Positions 8,301-15,470 of a stretch of 64,000 bases of DNA are shown here, in pieces. Under the pieces are notes generated by a model. That model worked only from the letters and a program-made list of their open reading frames with translations, ran no database searches and had not been told where the DNA came from. A program made the position numbers and the translations under genes. The first letter of the stretch is position 1; the number at the start of each line of letters is the position of its first letter. The DNA is from Candidatus Methylacidiphilales bacterium (GTDB lineage Bacteria > Verrucomicrobiota > Verrucomicrobiia > Methylacidiphilales > JANWVL01), in assembly GCA_025056655.1 (NCBI GenBank), contig JANWVL010000110.1, forward strand, positions 10,035-74,034, written 5' to 3'.

Positions 8301-10753
8301 GATCATCCGACATCACCCTCGCAGCAAATGCCAAAATAGACAGCCGATCCATGACCGATCCCTTCCAACTCAACGCAGCGCGAGATCTCATCCTCTCCGA
8401 TAGCTCATCCATCCACGCCTCCACCACCGCACCCGCATCAATTCAAGCTCAAAACAATATCCGCCTCTCTACAGTCCACTTGGAAAGCACCCACGACAGC
8501 GACATCGTCATCCGTGCAATCAATGGCTCCATCTTAGATAATACAAACGCCGAAACCGCTAACCTCTCTTGGAAAACTGCCAACAATCGCTCCCTTCACC
8601 TACAAGCAGGTCAACACATCGGCACGCCTCAAAACGACCTCAACCTCCGCGCCCTCGCCGATAACGCGCAACTCCGCATCCAAGCCAATCAACACATCTA
8701 CACCACTGAGTCCGGCTCAAACATCTCGACCCTTTCTCTCCAAACTGTGTCTAGCGCCTCCGGCGATATCCGCATCAAAGCCTCCGGAGCCACAAACCTA
8801 GTCCTTGCCGAACCTGTTGCAACGCAAGCCCCTGGCCGATCGATCACTATAACCAACGACACCCGCGACGGACGCCTCACTCAAAATGCTACTATCGGCA
8901 GTCCATCCCTCTCTACCTCCATCCATCTCGCCGCCTCGCGCGAAATTCAACAATCACCCAACACCAAAATTCAAGCCAGCGGTGGATCCGTAAAACTCGA
9001 GACCACAGATCCCAACGCCGCAGGCAAAATCCACGGCGCCACAGGCCCATACCGATCCCTCCAAATTGACAACGCCAGCACCCTCTCCGCCCGCACCGCG
9101 TCGCCCACCCTCACAGCCGCTGGAGCCATAGACGATTCTGGCCTCATTAAAATCTCTCACGACACCACAGCGCCTACGACCACGGTTGAAAATCTCACAG
9201 GCCGCAACATCATCCTCACACACCGCGGGCCAGACCAATCGCAGCTTATCATCAATCAAGTCCAATCCACCAACAACACCGACTCTCGCCTCATGATCCT
9301 CGCCGGGCGCCACAGCGGAGAAAATACCCCCGATAATCTCCGCGCAGCAGACCTTGTCATCAATGGCAACATCCAAAGTCCATCCCAAAACTTCAACAAC
9401 ATCCTGCTCGCAGCCAACCGCAACGTCACCATCAACAACTCCGCCACCGTCCAGGCCCGCAACGGCGGCGTCATCCAAATCGTCGCCGACGAATCCAAAC
9501 CCACCTCTATCGGAGAGGGACGCATCACAAACCAAGGCACACTCAATGCCGGTAACAACGGACAAGTCATTCTCTACAGCAATCGCCTCCAAGATACACG
9601 TCCCGGCGTCATCGTCGCGGCCAACAGCGCCGATGCCGCCGGCCAACGTTTCTATCAAAGAGATCTAGGAACCAACGCCTATAACCCCCTCAGCATCCCA
9701 TCAAATCTACCGCCAGGCCAGACCCCAGGAGCCGATCTTTACAAAGAAAGCGCTCCTGGTGGCGGCGGAGATGATGGTAGCGGCAACAATCCACCCAGTG
9801 GTGGCGGGGGCAACAATCCACCGAGCGGTGGTGGAGGCAACAATCCACCCAGTGGTGGAGGCGGCAACAATCCACCCGGCGGTGGCGGAGGTAACAATCC
9901 ACCTAGTGGTGGAGGCGGCAACAATCCACCCAGTGGTGGCGGGGACAACAATCCACCCAGCGGCAGCAACAACCCGCCTGGAGGAGGCAGCAATAATCCC
10001 CCTGGTGAAGGCACTGGAGTTCGCAGTGGCTTCGGGGATCAAGAAGATGAGAGCTTAAGACGATTTGTAGCAGAAAATGACAAATATCTTCGCATGGCGA
10101 TCGATGCGCTCAACCGCATTACTACCATGGAGCAGAGTAAAATTGCACAAAAAGGCGTCTATGGACGCCCATGGGACTACCTGTTAGCTGAAATTTACAT
10201 CGGCTTGAACCTGGCCAATGAAGAAATACCCGATACCTTGCGCGTCTGGCGCGACAATACTCTGCGTCGCTTGTTTGTCGGAGAGAAGAAACCCCCGCAC
10301 ATTAACGTCGAAGGACTTCCAGATGCAGTCGTCCAAGGGGTCTACAACCAAGAATATTGGGGTCGCTACACGACTCAGGAGCGAATTGAAATCATTCGAG
10401 AGATTTTAGAAAAACGTTACAAAGAAAAACGTGCGAAGAAAAACCGCCCTTCCACAAGCCAAGCCCTAGAGCCTCGACGCACAGTGCGCAGCACAACCAC
10501 CGTGCCCGCTCCAACCATGCCGAATCAGGGCAGACAACAGCCAGTTGCACCATCAAGAACGCCGATCAACATGCCAGCCACGCAGGGTCTTGTTCCACCG
10601 GGCACGGAGGAAAAAATCGATCCATCTTTCTTCAGAACCACCGTTATCCCGCCTGATGGAGGACGCCCAATTATTGTTGAGCAACCTCGTGAGATCCGCA
10701 GACCAGCAATTCCTCCTGAGGATAGTGGTATTTATCGAATCTTGCCTCGCTAG
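5390..10753 (+). CDS. giant filamentous-hemagglutinin/TpsA-type exoprotein (TPS secretion domain, beta-helical repeats, Gly/Asn/Pro repeat, unknown C-terminal region)
   Basis: 1787 aa with an N-terminal signal-like segment (LLLAITLILPLVTKGLSQ). A TPS/haemagglutination-activity domain follows: LPTGAHVVHGDVTINTT...AIVNFDTFNIAAGHGVHF...LARVTGPAASYLDGTLTSTGSLYLINPHGILIG, where NPHGI corresponds to the NPNGI motif. About 1300 aa of Thr/Ser/Asn/Gly-rich beta-helix-like repeats come next. Confidence 0.85.
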   Translation: MTNMKTKNILAILHKFESKSLLLAITLILPLVTKGLSQTLPTGAHVVHGDVTINTTDTQLHFHQTTPKAIVNFDTFNIAAGHGVHFHLPNFEAATLARVTGPAASYLDGTLTSTGSLYLINPHGILIGQDGRILTQGSLALSTLDIIDQQFLNSTSSLSFIGHPLANGWIENQGRIQAYGDLYLIGTQIRNTGSINANQGTASLVAGAQELIIQDKTQPNAPRAYIRKKINATPDLASETAINNTGTIQAAAIEIQTAGGIFGTAINLGDTSHLLAQGTEEIRAAIAVTSPSGVLNINGILQAINHDGSGGSVHIDSGVTILPALPAKTHIAAKIAVSALEEYDQIPRHGGTVQILGQDINLASTASIQADGFLSTAGKILVGGDYQGKNPNLRNAQRVTINPQALLTADAQHKGDGGTIIIWSDHYTQMLGTLSARGGSNAGDGGFIEISSAGHLALPPTLDATAAAHNGKAGTILFDPSDITISNNPNSEISGPPNFTSTAATSNISYNTINSLLNQGTSVIISTSSAGNGNGDITFISDRFAQGGVLNFTGNNTTLTLNAHRNIIVQEGVTINLKGTANTGQQLILNANTTNGSINILGNLTLDAAMDGLKAQAAAIHFGPKGALFAGAGDISIHALQGDITFDSGAVLNASPSSNPSIETHLTLNANKGQIIMAKNGPENPNKISSIIIDGHSARLKAEKDITLADIQFRLNGSRDVEITSEKGSINITDLFAANLGNQNLILSAAKDITQQRGADFYILTRPNNNSTFSLLADTGKITLEGNLYADSLAPLNLLIESQGDVTLNGSYNSGKAREYSILSNEGSVQMLPSASLNTAASQIQIIAEKNLTLGNLEFSLLTQNSHITASTGTITLSGLNNFSIDDATLLLKAHGPITLSESAEIQLRSSRKNGVIEIDSQSDSQGSLDIQASLQSTADAPVAFKASAPAITLGPTAQLKSLRGIDLKSRSSDITLAANAKIDSRSMTDPFQLNAARDLILSDSSSIHASTTAPASIQAQNNIRLSTVHLESTHDSDIVIRAINGSILDNTNAETANLSWKTANNRSLHLQAGQHIGTPQNDLNLRALADNAQLRIQANQHIYTTESGSNISTLSLQTVSSASGDIRIKASGATNLVLAEPVATQAPGRSITITNDTRDGRLTQNATIGSPSLSTSIHLAASREIQQSPNTKIQASGGSVKLETTDPNAAGKIHGATGPYRSLQIDNASTLSARTASPTLTAAGAIDDSGLIKISHDTTAPTTTVENLTGRNIILTHRGPDQSQLIINQVQSTNNTDSRLMILAGRHSGENTPDNLRAADLVINGNIQSPSQNFNNILLAANRNVTINNSATVQARNGGVIQIVADESKPTSIGEGRITNQGTLNAGNNGQVILYSNRLQDTRPGVIVAANSADAAGQRFYQRDLGTNAYNPLSIPSNLPPGQTPGADLYKESAPGGGGDDGSGNNPPSGGGGNNPPSGGGGNNPPSGGGGNNPPGGGGGNNPPSGGGGNNPPSGGGDNNPPSGSNNPPGGGSNNPPGEGTGVRSGFGDQEDESLRRFVAENDKYLRMAIDALNRITTMEQSKIAQKGVYGRPWDYLLAEIYIGLNLANEEIPDTLRVWRDNTLRRLFVGEKKPPHINVEGLPDAVVQGVYNQEYWGRYTTQERIEIIREILEKRYKEKRAKKNRPSTSQALEPRRTVRSTTTVPAPTMPNQGRQQPVAPSRTPINMPATQGLVPPGTEEKIDPSFFRTTVIPPDGGRPIIVEQPREIRRPAIPPEDSGIYRILPR
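9758..10008 (+). repeat. 27-nt (9-aa) tandem repeat encoding NNPP(S/G)GGGG inside the TpsA-like gene
   Basis: Read directly from the sequence: ggcaacaatccacc(c/g)ag(t/c)ggtgg(c/a)gg(g/c) units. The protein reads GNNPPSGGGGNNPPSGGGGNNPPSGGGGNNPPGGGGGNNPPSGGGGNNPPSGGGDNNPPSGSNNPPGGGSNNPPGEG, with nine NNPP units. Six are full 9-aa units and the last three are degenerate. Confidence 0.9.
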
Positions 10754-10773
10754 CTATAACACTAGGCAATCAT

Positions 10774-11598
10774 CTATCTATCGCGGCTTCTTTCAGCTCG
10801 AGCATGATGATTTAACAGGGCATAAGGACCGAAACGGTGATGGGTGCGGACAGCCTCAGTGATAAAATCCTTAGCATAAGCCACTGCTTCCACTAAAGAA
10901 TGACCGTGGGCAATGTAAGCAGTGATAGCCGCTGAAAAAGTGCAGCCTGTGCCGTGCGGATTTGTTTGAGGCACCCTCGGCGCAGAAAATTCATGAAGGT
11001 CGCCATCTGCTTGGCAGAGCACGTCGATGGCGTTGTCGCCCTGTAAATGACCGCCTTTGACGAGGAAAGAGGTATGGTAGCGAGAGGAGAGCTCGCGCGC
11101 ACATTCACGAAGTGCTGATTCGTTATTTATCGGATTCCCCCATAGGATCTCGGCTTCATCTCGATTGGGTGTGATGAGTGTGGCGAGAGGAAAAAGAAGC
11201 TCTTTTAGCGCATTGATCGCTGTATCTAAAAGAAGTCGAGCGCCACTAGAGGCTACCATCACAGGATCGATGATCAACGACGCAGAAGGCATGTTTTTTA
11301 GCGTTGCAGCGACAGCGGTGATAATCTCATACGAAAAAAGCATCCCCGTTTTTATTGCGCCCAGCGGATATACCTCAGCGCAGAGGCGGATTTGTTCAGA
11401 AACCATAGACGGATCTAAGGAGACAATTCGAGAGACTTTGCCCGGATGCTCGGCGACAACGCAAGTCAGTGCCGTTACACCAAAGCACCCCAATTGGTGA
11501 AAAGTCTTTAGATCAGCTTGGATTCCTGCACCGCCACTATTATCTGAGCCAGCGATCGTCAAAGCGACTGGGATGGTGCCAGCTTGTGCGGCTTGCAT
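10774..11598 (-). CDS. thiD: hydroxymethylpyrimidine/phosphomethylpyrimidine kinase
   Basis: [28 protein letters not shown] and the C-terminal [17 protein letters not shown] motif are typical of ThiD. The track ORF starts at a TTG at 11658. The ATG at 11598 gives [17 protein letters not shown], which fits family N-termini better. Confidence 0.85.
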   Translation of the reverse strand: MQAAQAGTIPVALTIAGSDNSGGAGIQADLKTFHQLGCFGVTALTCVVAEHPGKVSRIVSLDPSMVSEQIRLCAEVYPLGAIKTGMLFSYEIITAVAATLKNMPSASLIIDPVMVASSGARLLLDTAINALKELLFPLATLITPNRDEAEILWGNPINNESALRECARELSSRYHTSFLVKGGHLQGDNAIDVLCQADGDLHEFSAPRVPQTNPHGTGCTFSAAITAYIAHGHSLVEAVAYAKDFITEAVRTHHRFGPYALLNHHARAERSRDR

Positions 11599-11727
11599 AT
11601 ACCTAAAAAAAGTTAAAAAAAACGCACCTTCTCGCAAGTAAAGGCTAGATTTGCTCAAAAGAGGCTAGAGAGAGGGCTTAACCAAAATTTTTTTGTGAGA
11701 CTGGATCCATTCGGGTATATTTTCAGC

Positions 11728-12123
11728 ATGGAGTCGGCGCTTCCTGAATTGCCTGGCCTCAAAGTCACACTCGATCACCTCGAGCGTCGAGAGAATTTAC
11801 AAACCTCACTTGAACGGCCTTACGCCTTTGTTTATTACATCACTATTCACAACAACAGCGACCGTGCAATAGTTGTGAAAGGGCGTAAATGGGTAGTAGA
11901 AGACGTCTACGGCGAGAAACAGATCCTCGAGGGCGACGGTGTAGTAGGACAGTATCCGAGAATATCGCCCGGCCACACTTTTTCATATAACAGTTATCAC
12001 ATTGTCCGCTCAGATAGTGTGGCAACCGGATCGTATCTTTGCCAAGATGACTACGGAAACGCTTACGTGGTGAGAATTCCACCTTTTAATATGAATGTGG
12101 CAGGACACCCTCAATGGGCTTGA
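11728..12123 (+). CDS. apaG: ApaG (DUF525) protein
   Basis: YAFVYYITIHNNSDRAIVVKGRKWVVEDVYGEKQILEGDGVVGQYPRISPGHTFSYNSYHIV matches the ApaG fold signature. The track start at 11695 is GTG, and the first ATG is at 11728. Confidence 0.8.
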   Translation: MESALPELPGLKVTLDHLERRENLQTSLERPYAFVYYITIHNNSDRAIVVKGRKWVVEDVYGEKQILEGDGVVGQYPRISPGHTFSYNSYHIVRSDSVATGSYLCQDDYGNAYVVRIPPFNMNVAGHPQWA

Positions 12124-12599
12124 ACTGTGGGGAAAAAGAAATCATGCTCGATCAGGACAAGATAAAACAGAAAGTTATATTTCCAGCTTTGGTGTTAATG
12201 GGAGTGGCAGTCGTCCCTGCATGTCTTACCGCATGGCTACACCCGAAGCGGCCTCCGTTTTCAGCAGACTCACTACGTGAGGGAGAAATTGCAATTGCGG
12301 AGGCCTGGAAAATACGAGAAGAAGTGCTGTGGGTCGATGCACGGTCACAAGGTGAATATGAGCAAGCACATATTCCGGGCGCAGTGTTGCTGAACGAAGA
12401 CCAGTGGAATGATCGAGTGCAGGATGTTTTGATGCGTTGGCGTCCTGAGCGGCGCACGATCGTTTATTGTAGCACCACAGGGTGTCAGGCCAGTCATCAC
12501 GTTGCCGAGCGACTTCGAAAAATGGGACTGACGGATGTATGGGTGTTGAAAGGCGGATGGGAACGTTGGCAAAAATATATGAGTGAGCAAAAGCCATGA
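12114..12599 (+). CDS. membrane-anchored rhodanese-domain protein
   Basis: 161 aa with an N-terminal TM helix (VIFPALVLMGVAVVPACLTAWL). The rhodanese domain reads VLWVDARSQGEYEQAHIPGAVLL...IVYCSTTGCQASHHVAERLRKMGLTDVWVLKGGWERW, with an active-site Cys loop CSTTGCQAS. An alternative ATG lies at 12144. Confidence 0.8.
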   Translation: MGLNCGEKEIMLDQDKIKQKVIFPALVLMGVAVVPACLTAWLHPKRPPFSADSLREGEIAIAEAWKIREEVLWVDARSQGEYEQAHIPGAVLLNEDQWNDRVQDVLMRWRPERRTIVYCSTTGCQASHHVAERLRKMGLTDVWVLKGGWERWQKYMSEQKP

Positions 12600-13018
12600 G
12601 GAAGGAAATATTTGTTTTGATACTGAGACTCACTCTCTCAGGGGTCTTTCTCTATGCAGGGATTATCAAAGCAGCAAATCCTGAGAAGTTTTGGATAGAT
12701 GTGCAAAACTATCAATTATTGCCTCACTTTGGAAACGTCCTTGTGGCCCTGTATTTGCCTTATTTAGAGATACTTTGTGCCTTGGCATTGTGGTATCCCC
12801 GTTGGGCGCTCGGATCCGTAAGTCTAATGGGAGGAATGATGTTAGTTTTTACAATCGCTCTTTTGTCAGCATGGATCCGTGGCTTAGACATTACTTGCGG
12901 ATGCTTTGGTGGAAGTGAGAAGAACCGTTACATCGAATGGCTCGTCCGCGATATTTTGTTAATCCTGGCGATCGCGTGGATCGGGCGAGAAGATTGGAGC
13001 AAGATGCAAAGCAACTAA
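12596..13018 (+). CDS. MauE/DoxX-family membrane protein
   Basis: 140 aa with four hydrophobic helices and a DITCGCFG motif characteristic of MauE-like proteins. It has an ATGA start/stop overlap with the upstream rhodanese gene. Confidence 0.75.
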   Translation: MRKEIFVLILRLTLSGVFLYAGIIKAANPEKFWIDVQNYQLLPHFGNVLVALYLPYLEILCALALWYPRWALGSVSLMGGMMLVFTIALLSAWIRGLDITCGCFGGSEKNRYIEWLVRDILLILAIAWIGREDWSKMQSN

Positions 13019-13062
13019 AAAAAAGTATTTTGAGGTTTTTTTTTTAGGCTAAGGATGAGGGT

Positions 13063-14214
13063 ATGGACTACAACTATGTCCTGCAGCCTTTCTCCCAAGA
13101 GGCGACGGCGGAGAAAACGGACCCTTCGTGGATAGTCGGCTGCCCTCACTGCGGTGGAGCTATTGATGTAACAGGGATCGAGATAGGCTCCGTGTTGACG
13201 TGTCCTCATTGTGGAAAACTCTTTACTCTGACCCGTGAATTTGCCGGTTATACCTTGATCCGAGCCTTGGGGTCTGGAGGGATGGGAACGGTTTATTTAG
13301 CCTACGATTCACAATTGAACCGCACCGTGGCCGTCAAGGTGTTGAGGGAGAGTTTTTCTCAAGACCCGAAGTTTGTCGCTAATTTTAATTACGAGGCTGC
13401 AATCACCGCTTCGATTAATCATCCAAATATTGTACAGGTGTATGGCAGCGGATTGGCTGAGGGACGACATTACATTGTGATGGAATATATCAGCGGAGGA
13501 AGCTTGGACGACCGTATACAAGCACAGAAGCGGCTTCCTGAGGCAGATGTGATAGATATCGGATTAGCTGTAGCAAGAGGACTATCGGCTGCACTTTCCC
13601 GTGGGTTGATCCATCGAGACATTAAGCCGGGGAATATTTTATTTAATAGCCTCGGCACACCTAAAATAGTGGATTTTGGCTTGAGTCTGATAGTCGGTGA
13701 GAATGATCACTTTACCGGAGAGATTTGGGGCACGCCTTATTATCTAGCTCCTGAGAAACTCTTACAGAGACAAGAGGATTTCCGGAGCGATATGTATAGC
13801 CTTGGAGCTACGCTTTTTCATGCTTTGGCAGGTCGTCCTCCATATCAAGAGGAAGATGCGGATCGGGTAGCGCTGCGGCACTTGCAAGGAGCACCTGTTT
13901 TGATTGCAACATTTGTCCCAGATTTATCTCCGCAGATGATCGGAGTCATTCAACGATGCATGGAACGAGATCCAGAACGCCGTTTCCCTAATTACCAAGA
14001 ACTAATCGCTCAGCTAGAGGATGCTAAACGTCGACTTTCACTGAGTCATGCAATCGTGCCAGCACAGACTATAAAACGCCCTCCAGCCGCGAAAATCCGC
14101 AATCCTGCAGATTCGGATGCAATAGCGTTAGTGCTTATGGTGGCTACCGTCCTGGCTATAGGCTTGCTCTTAGCTGTCGCCATTATTTATCACGAACAAA
14201 TTTTTGGAAGTTGA
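13063..14214 (+). CDS. Ser/Thr protein kinase with N-terminal zinc ribbon and C-terminal TM anchor
   Basis: Two CPHCG motifs (CPHCGGAIDV...CPHCGKLF) are followed by Hanks kinase motifs: GSGGMGTVYLA, VAVKVL, HRDIKPGNILF, DFGLS and GTPYYLAPE. The C-terminal helix is IALVLMVATVLAIGLLLAVAIIY. Confidence 0.9.
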   Translation: MDYNYVLQPFSQEATAEKTDPSWIVGCPHCGGAIDVTGIEIGSVLTCPHCGKLFTLTREFAGYTLIRALGSGGMGTVYLAYDSQLNRTVAVKVLRESFSQDPKFVANFNYEAAITASINHPNIVQVYGSGLAEGRHYIVMEYISGGSLDDRIQAQKRLPEADVIDIGLAVARGLSAALSRGLIHRDIKPGNILFNSLGTPKIVDFGLSLIVGENDHFTGEIWGTPYYLAPEKLLQRQEDFRSDMYSLGATLFHALAGRPPYQEEDADRVALRHLQGAPVLIATFVPDLSPQMIGVIQRCMERDPERRFPNYQELIAQLEDAKRRLSLSHAIVPAQTIKRPPAAKIRNPADSDAIALVLMVATVLAIGLLLAVAIIYHEQIFGS

Positions 14215-14260
14215 TCGAGTATCATTGACCAGCTCCGCATAGTCGAATAAATCTCGAAGC

Positions 14261-14632
14261 ATGCTCCTGACAGTCGTGAAGTCTAAAATCGAAAAAGCAT
14301 GTATTACAGGTCTGCGCCCGAATGATGATGAAATGATTTCAATTCCACTAGAGTTAATCCAAGCAGCAGGTTTATATGACCATGAGAAAGTTTTGGTTAC
14401 AAACTTGCACAATGGGCGTCGTTTCGAAACAGTTGTTATTGCAGGCAAACCTCGATCGCATCAAATCGAGTTGGGAGGTGCTGCTGCACTCTTAGCTACA
14501 ATTGGGGACCGTATTACAATCATTAGCTTTGCCATCATGGATGATGAGTCGGCTCGGAGCTTCCGACCTCGCTCTATTTTACTGGATAAAGATAACCATC
14601 AGACAACACGTCCCGACACATTTTTTGTCTGA
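14261..14632 (+). CDS. aspartate 1-decarboxylase (PanD)-like protein lacking the canonical Gly-Ser processing site
   Basis: 123 aa, colinear with PanD without gaps: KVLVTNLHNGRRFETVVIAGKPRSHQIELGGAAALLATIGDRITIISFAIMDDESA versus the E. coli and B. subtilis PanD core. Positions 24-25 read Glu-Met rather than Gly-Ser. Confidence 0.7.
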   Translation: MLLTVVKSKIEKACITGLRPNDDEMISIPLELIQAAGLYDHEKVLVTNLHNGRRFETVVIAGKPRSHQIELGGAAALLATIGDRITIISFAIMDDESARSFRPRSILLDKDNHQTTRPDTFFV

Positions 14633-14642
14633 TTGGAATGCA

Positions 14643-15329
14643 CTACCTGAGAAAAGTCCCAGCTTTAGACTTTTTATTTCTAGTGCGAGTCTTACCTATC
14701 TCATATAATTCGATGCCGGTGTTGTGAATATCGGGGAAAACTAGTATCAAGCGATCGGCAGATAGACGATACAGCAACCCGACAGCGTCGCGTTCCGAAG
14801 TGCTCGCAGACTGTAGTCCACTATACACAGGCTTCTCGTTATCAGACACATAATAGGTTGCGCCGATAAAAACTGCACACTGTGCATTCACTGTCTGCAG
14901 GATTCCGTGCCGCCGCACCGATCCGGTCGACTTGTCGAGATAATATGCATCGCCTTTCTTTTCTATGCACAATGTATAGGGCAAATAGCGAACTGCTGCA
15001 TGCGGTGTAGCTTGCAGACTGCGCACCGACCATCTCCCGATCAATTCTGATAAACTACCCAACGAAGACCGTCGCGCGGTAATCAAACGATAAATCGTAT
15101 CCAATGCGGCTCGACTTTCGGGTGTCTGAGCTGACTGTGTTTTTGCTAGATGCAACACGTGATGAAAATCCGTCTCCCAATACTGAAGCGCTTGGCGATG
15201 GGATGGGGGCAGATTTAAATCTGTAGGCAACTCAAAAGAATACTCCTCGTCGGTTTGTCCATAAGCGATCCGACTTCCTGTGAGAAAAACCAAAAATAGA
15301 CGCGCTAGAAATGCCCGCGACATCGTCAC
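14643..15329 (-). CDS. hypothetical secreted protein
   Basis: 228-aa ORF with a signal peptide (MTMSRAFLARLFLVFLTGSRIAYG/QT). I recognise no family. Confidence 0.55.
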   Translation of the reverse strand: MTMSRAFLARLFLVFLTGSRIAYGQTDEEYSFELPTDLNLPPSHRQALQYWETDFHHVLHLAKTQSAQTPESRAALDTIYRLITARRSSLGSLSELIGRWSVRSLQATPHAAVRYLPYTLCIEKKGDAYYLDKSTGSVRRHGILQTVNAQCAVFIGATYYVSDNEKPVYSGLQSASTSERDAVGLLYRLSADRLILVFPDIHNTGIELYEIGKTRTRNKKSKAGTFLR

Positions 15330-15407
15330 AGCATGTCGAAAACTTCTATTTTTGAAAACAAAGAACTTTTTCGCTTATCCCAGGCAGCCATATCTCTAGG
15401 CTACCTC

Positions 15408-15444
15408 AAATAAAAAGCCGTGGCGCGCCTGCGCGCACCACGGC
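15408..15444 (-). terminator. rho-independent terminator downstream of groEL
   Basis: The minus strand reads GCCGTGGTGCGCGCAGGCGCGCCACGGC followed by TTTTTATTT. This is a GC-rich hairpin plus T-tract 27 nt after the groEL stop. Confidence 0.7.
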
Positions 15445-15470
15445 TTGAGTGAGGATAGGCAGCAAGAGGA

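Noticed and set aside
6943-9658. Antisense ORFs of 188 and 234 aa inside the exoprotein gene (6943-7509, 8954-9658)
   Set aside because: They are Gly/Val/Ala/Asp-rich products complementary to a Thr/Ser/Asn/Ile-rich sense frame that has clear TPS and beta-helix features. Stop-codon depletion on the G-rich antisense strand explains them.
9690-10058. Four ORFs (70-111 aa) on both strands across the 27-nt repeat, e.g. MPSPGGLLLPPPGG...
   Set aside because: They are repeat-generated open frames antisense to, or out of frame with, the TpsA-like gene. Their periodic sequences mirror the repeat rather than a real protein.
5390-10773. Contact-dependent inhibition (CdiA-CT/CdiI) reading of the exoprotein locus
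   Set aside because: There is no VENN or other pre-toxin demarcation motif and no cdiB/tpsB gene. There is also no room for an immunity gene, because the convergent thiD ends 20 nt after the stop codon.
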